Shown one piece after another: positions 62,291 through 64,000 of a stretch of 64,000 nucleotides of DNA. The notes under the pieces are model-generated. The model was not told the DNA's origin and did no database searches. It worked only from the letters and a program-made list of their open reading frames with translations. Within the stretch, counting starts at the first letter, position 1; the number at the start of each line of letters is the position of its first letter. The translations under genes were made by a program, and so were the position numbers. The stretch comes from Lama guanicoe. Taxonomy: Eukaryota. The stretch spans positions 1,807,793-1,871,792 of the forward strand of contig MU053493.1 in the NCBI GenBank assembly GCA_013239625.1, written 5' to 3'.

Positions 62291-63089
62291 TTAGCTAACT
62301 TGCCGTTTTCACTCAATCATAGGCTTTTATTCCTTCTGTCAGTACATATGGGCCGTCCTCTTTTAAAAAAAAGAAGTCTCAGAGTATTTCAGCACGTGGA
62401 CTCCGCCATAATTTATTTAACCATTCTCCTATTTACGGGCACTTAGGTTGCTTCCAGTTTTTCAAAAGACTGCTGCAGTAAAAATCCTTAGACTCACACC
62501 ATCTCTTGTATATGTGAGTACTCCTGGAAATGGATAGTTACTGGGTAAAAGAGTATGCATGTTTAAGTTTTTGATAGAGAAGGCTGAATTGCTTTTCTGA
62601 AAGGCTTCCCTGGGACTCCTTCTAAAGAAATTAAAAAAAATTTTTTGAGAAAACCAGCAAAAAAAAATGTAATTCACCGCCGAACGCTAAATAGAGAGTG
62701 CTACCCCCTCAGGCCATGAACTGTGAAATGCCACAGCCTGGGAGGGGCCGAGCACCCGGCAAAGGTTGATATGGTTTCTAATTTTCTTGTGCCCTCTTCC
62801 TCCATCCCCCTCATCAAAAGAAGCAGTCCTGGGGAAAGATGAACAACCAAACTCCTGAGAATTTACTGATGTTCCTCAATTTGGAGAGGGGGTGACTGTG
62901 ATGAAGGGGTTTGGGAAGGATGCCCCTGGAGCCTGGTGGCTCTCATCAAAGTCAGGAGAAATCCGTCCTCCACCAGGGTTGCTGCTCAGTGCCGTTCACA
63001 CTGCATTCTGGGAGAATCCCTTCGCTCCATCTTCCAGTTTACCTCAATGATATCCATTCTTACATTCAGCCTCCTGAATATCAGCCACC

Positions 63090-63350
63090 ATATTTTTTTA
63101 ATGAGCCAGCATAATTATTTCTGCAGTTTTAGGGTTACAGAGAAGTGGAGCAGAAAGTTCCCATGTAGCCTCTAACCCCTCCCTCCTCTGGTTTTCCCTG
63201 TTATTATCATTTCAAGTTAACATGGTATATTAGTTACCACTGACGAGCCAATATTAATACAATTGTTATTATTATTATTAACTAAATTGGAGTCAGGTGC
63301 ACTCTTTGTGTTGTACATGCTCTGGGTTTTGACAAAAGCATCATGACTCC
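63090..63350 (-). mobile_element. Old L1MC-type 3' end fragment
   Basis: cagttttagggttacagagaagtggagcagaaag...ccaatattaataca...gggttttgacaaa. Confidence 0.7.
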
Positions 63351-64000
63351 AACTGCCCTCCTTTTGTTTTCCCTAGATTGTTAATTATGTCTTTGTCTTG
63401 TTAACCTCTTCCAGTTTTAAGACTCCCCTTTGGTAACAGATTTTGGAGTTTTGCTTCCTGTGGTTTGGGAAAGGGCCAGGGTGTTGGCTCCCCTCTGGGG
63501 ACTGGTGCTCCCGTGGTGTCCTGGTCCCCTATCCTAGCCCCAAATTCTGACCCACTCAGATCTCAGCACTTTGTCACTCTGAGTATGTGAATGAGGAGGG
63601 AGGTGGGTGGGGACAGGAGGCATTTTCAGAATGAGAACCTGCCTCCTTTTCTGTTGGAAGAGGAATTAGCCTGTGTTGCAGACGGGAGCTGGGTGGCCAG
63701 CTTCCACCCAGGGCCTGCAGCTCCCTTGGCCATGCTTGGGACTCGGAGCTGTTCATATGTGAGCTGGGCCTGGTGGGGCTGGTGGTGGAGGGGAGCTGCC
63801 AGTGAATGTCCCCAGACCTGGTGTACATGGCCCTTCTGCCTGCCCAGCAAGTGGCCTGGGATGCCATCCAATGCTCCGCCCCTTGGAGTCCCTTCCCAGT
63901 CTTTGCCATTCCTTCCATTTATCCTCCCTTTTCTCTAAGGCTGTGTTTCAGGCTCATGCCCTCAGCTTGCTGGCCACAGTGGCCTTTTCAGTCTCTGGAG

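Noticed and set aside
61798..62446. His/Thr- and Cys/Val-rich ORFs
   Set aside because: Translations of the CA-rich minisatellite.
1..64000. CRISPR arrays, operons, rRNA or other prokaryote-type systems
   Set aside because: The sequence is mammalian. The recurrent repeats are dispersed SINE/L1 copies with TSDs, not regularly spaced arrays.

Overview
This is mammalian genomic DNA, most likely from a camelid. The evidence is about 18 tRNA-Ala(AGC)-headed SINEs of the vic-1 type plus a young L1 3'-end family. The only protein-coding sequence I can support is exons 2 and 3 of MCEE (methylmalonyl-CoA epimerase, + strand, 4675-5012 and 16257-16409). Exon 1 lies upstream of the window. A large CpG island at about 37.8-39.1 kb has GC boxes, a strong CTCF motif, a (GCG)7 tract and a CAG|GTAAGC donor. 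It looks like the non-coding first exon of a + strand gene, probably APBA2 by recalled mouse synteny, so the rest of the window would be its intron(s). Most of the remainder is interspersed repeat (L1, L2, MIR, MaLR/ERVL LTRs, MER20, MER21) and microsatellite. Almost all ORFs in the supplied track are spurious. I found no convincing novel multi-gene system. The most notable details are a decayed Tigger/TIGD-like transposase in MCEE intron 2, a SINE whose tail contains a 43-bp copy of that fossil, an ERV-L provirus remnant with readable gag/pro, a candidate RE1+NRF1 mini-exon/promoter at about 61 kb, an orphan CpG/NRF1/RFX patch at about 23 kb, and a hairpin-forming MCEE 3'UTR. All repeat family names are by-eye recognitions; no searches were run.
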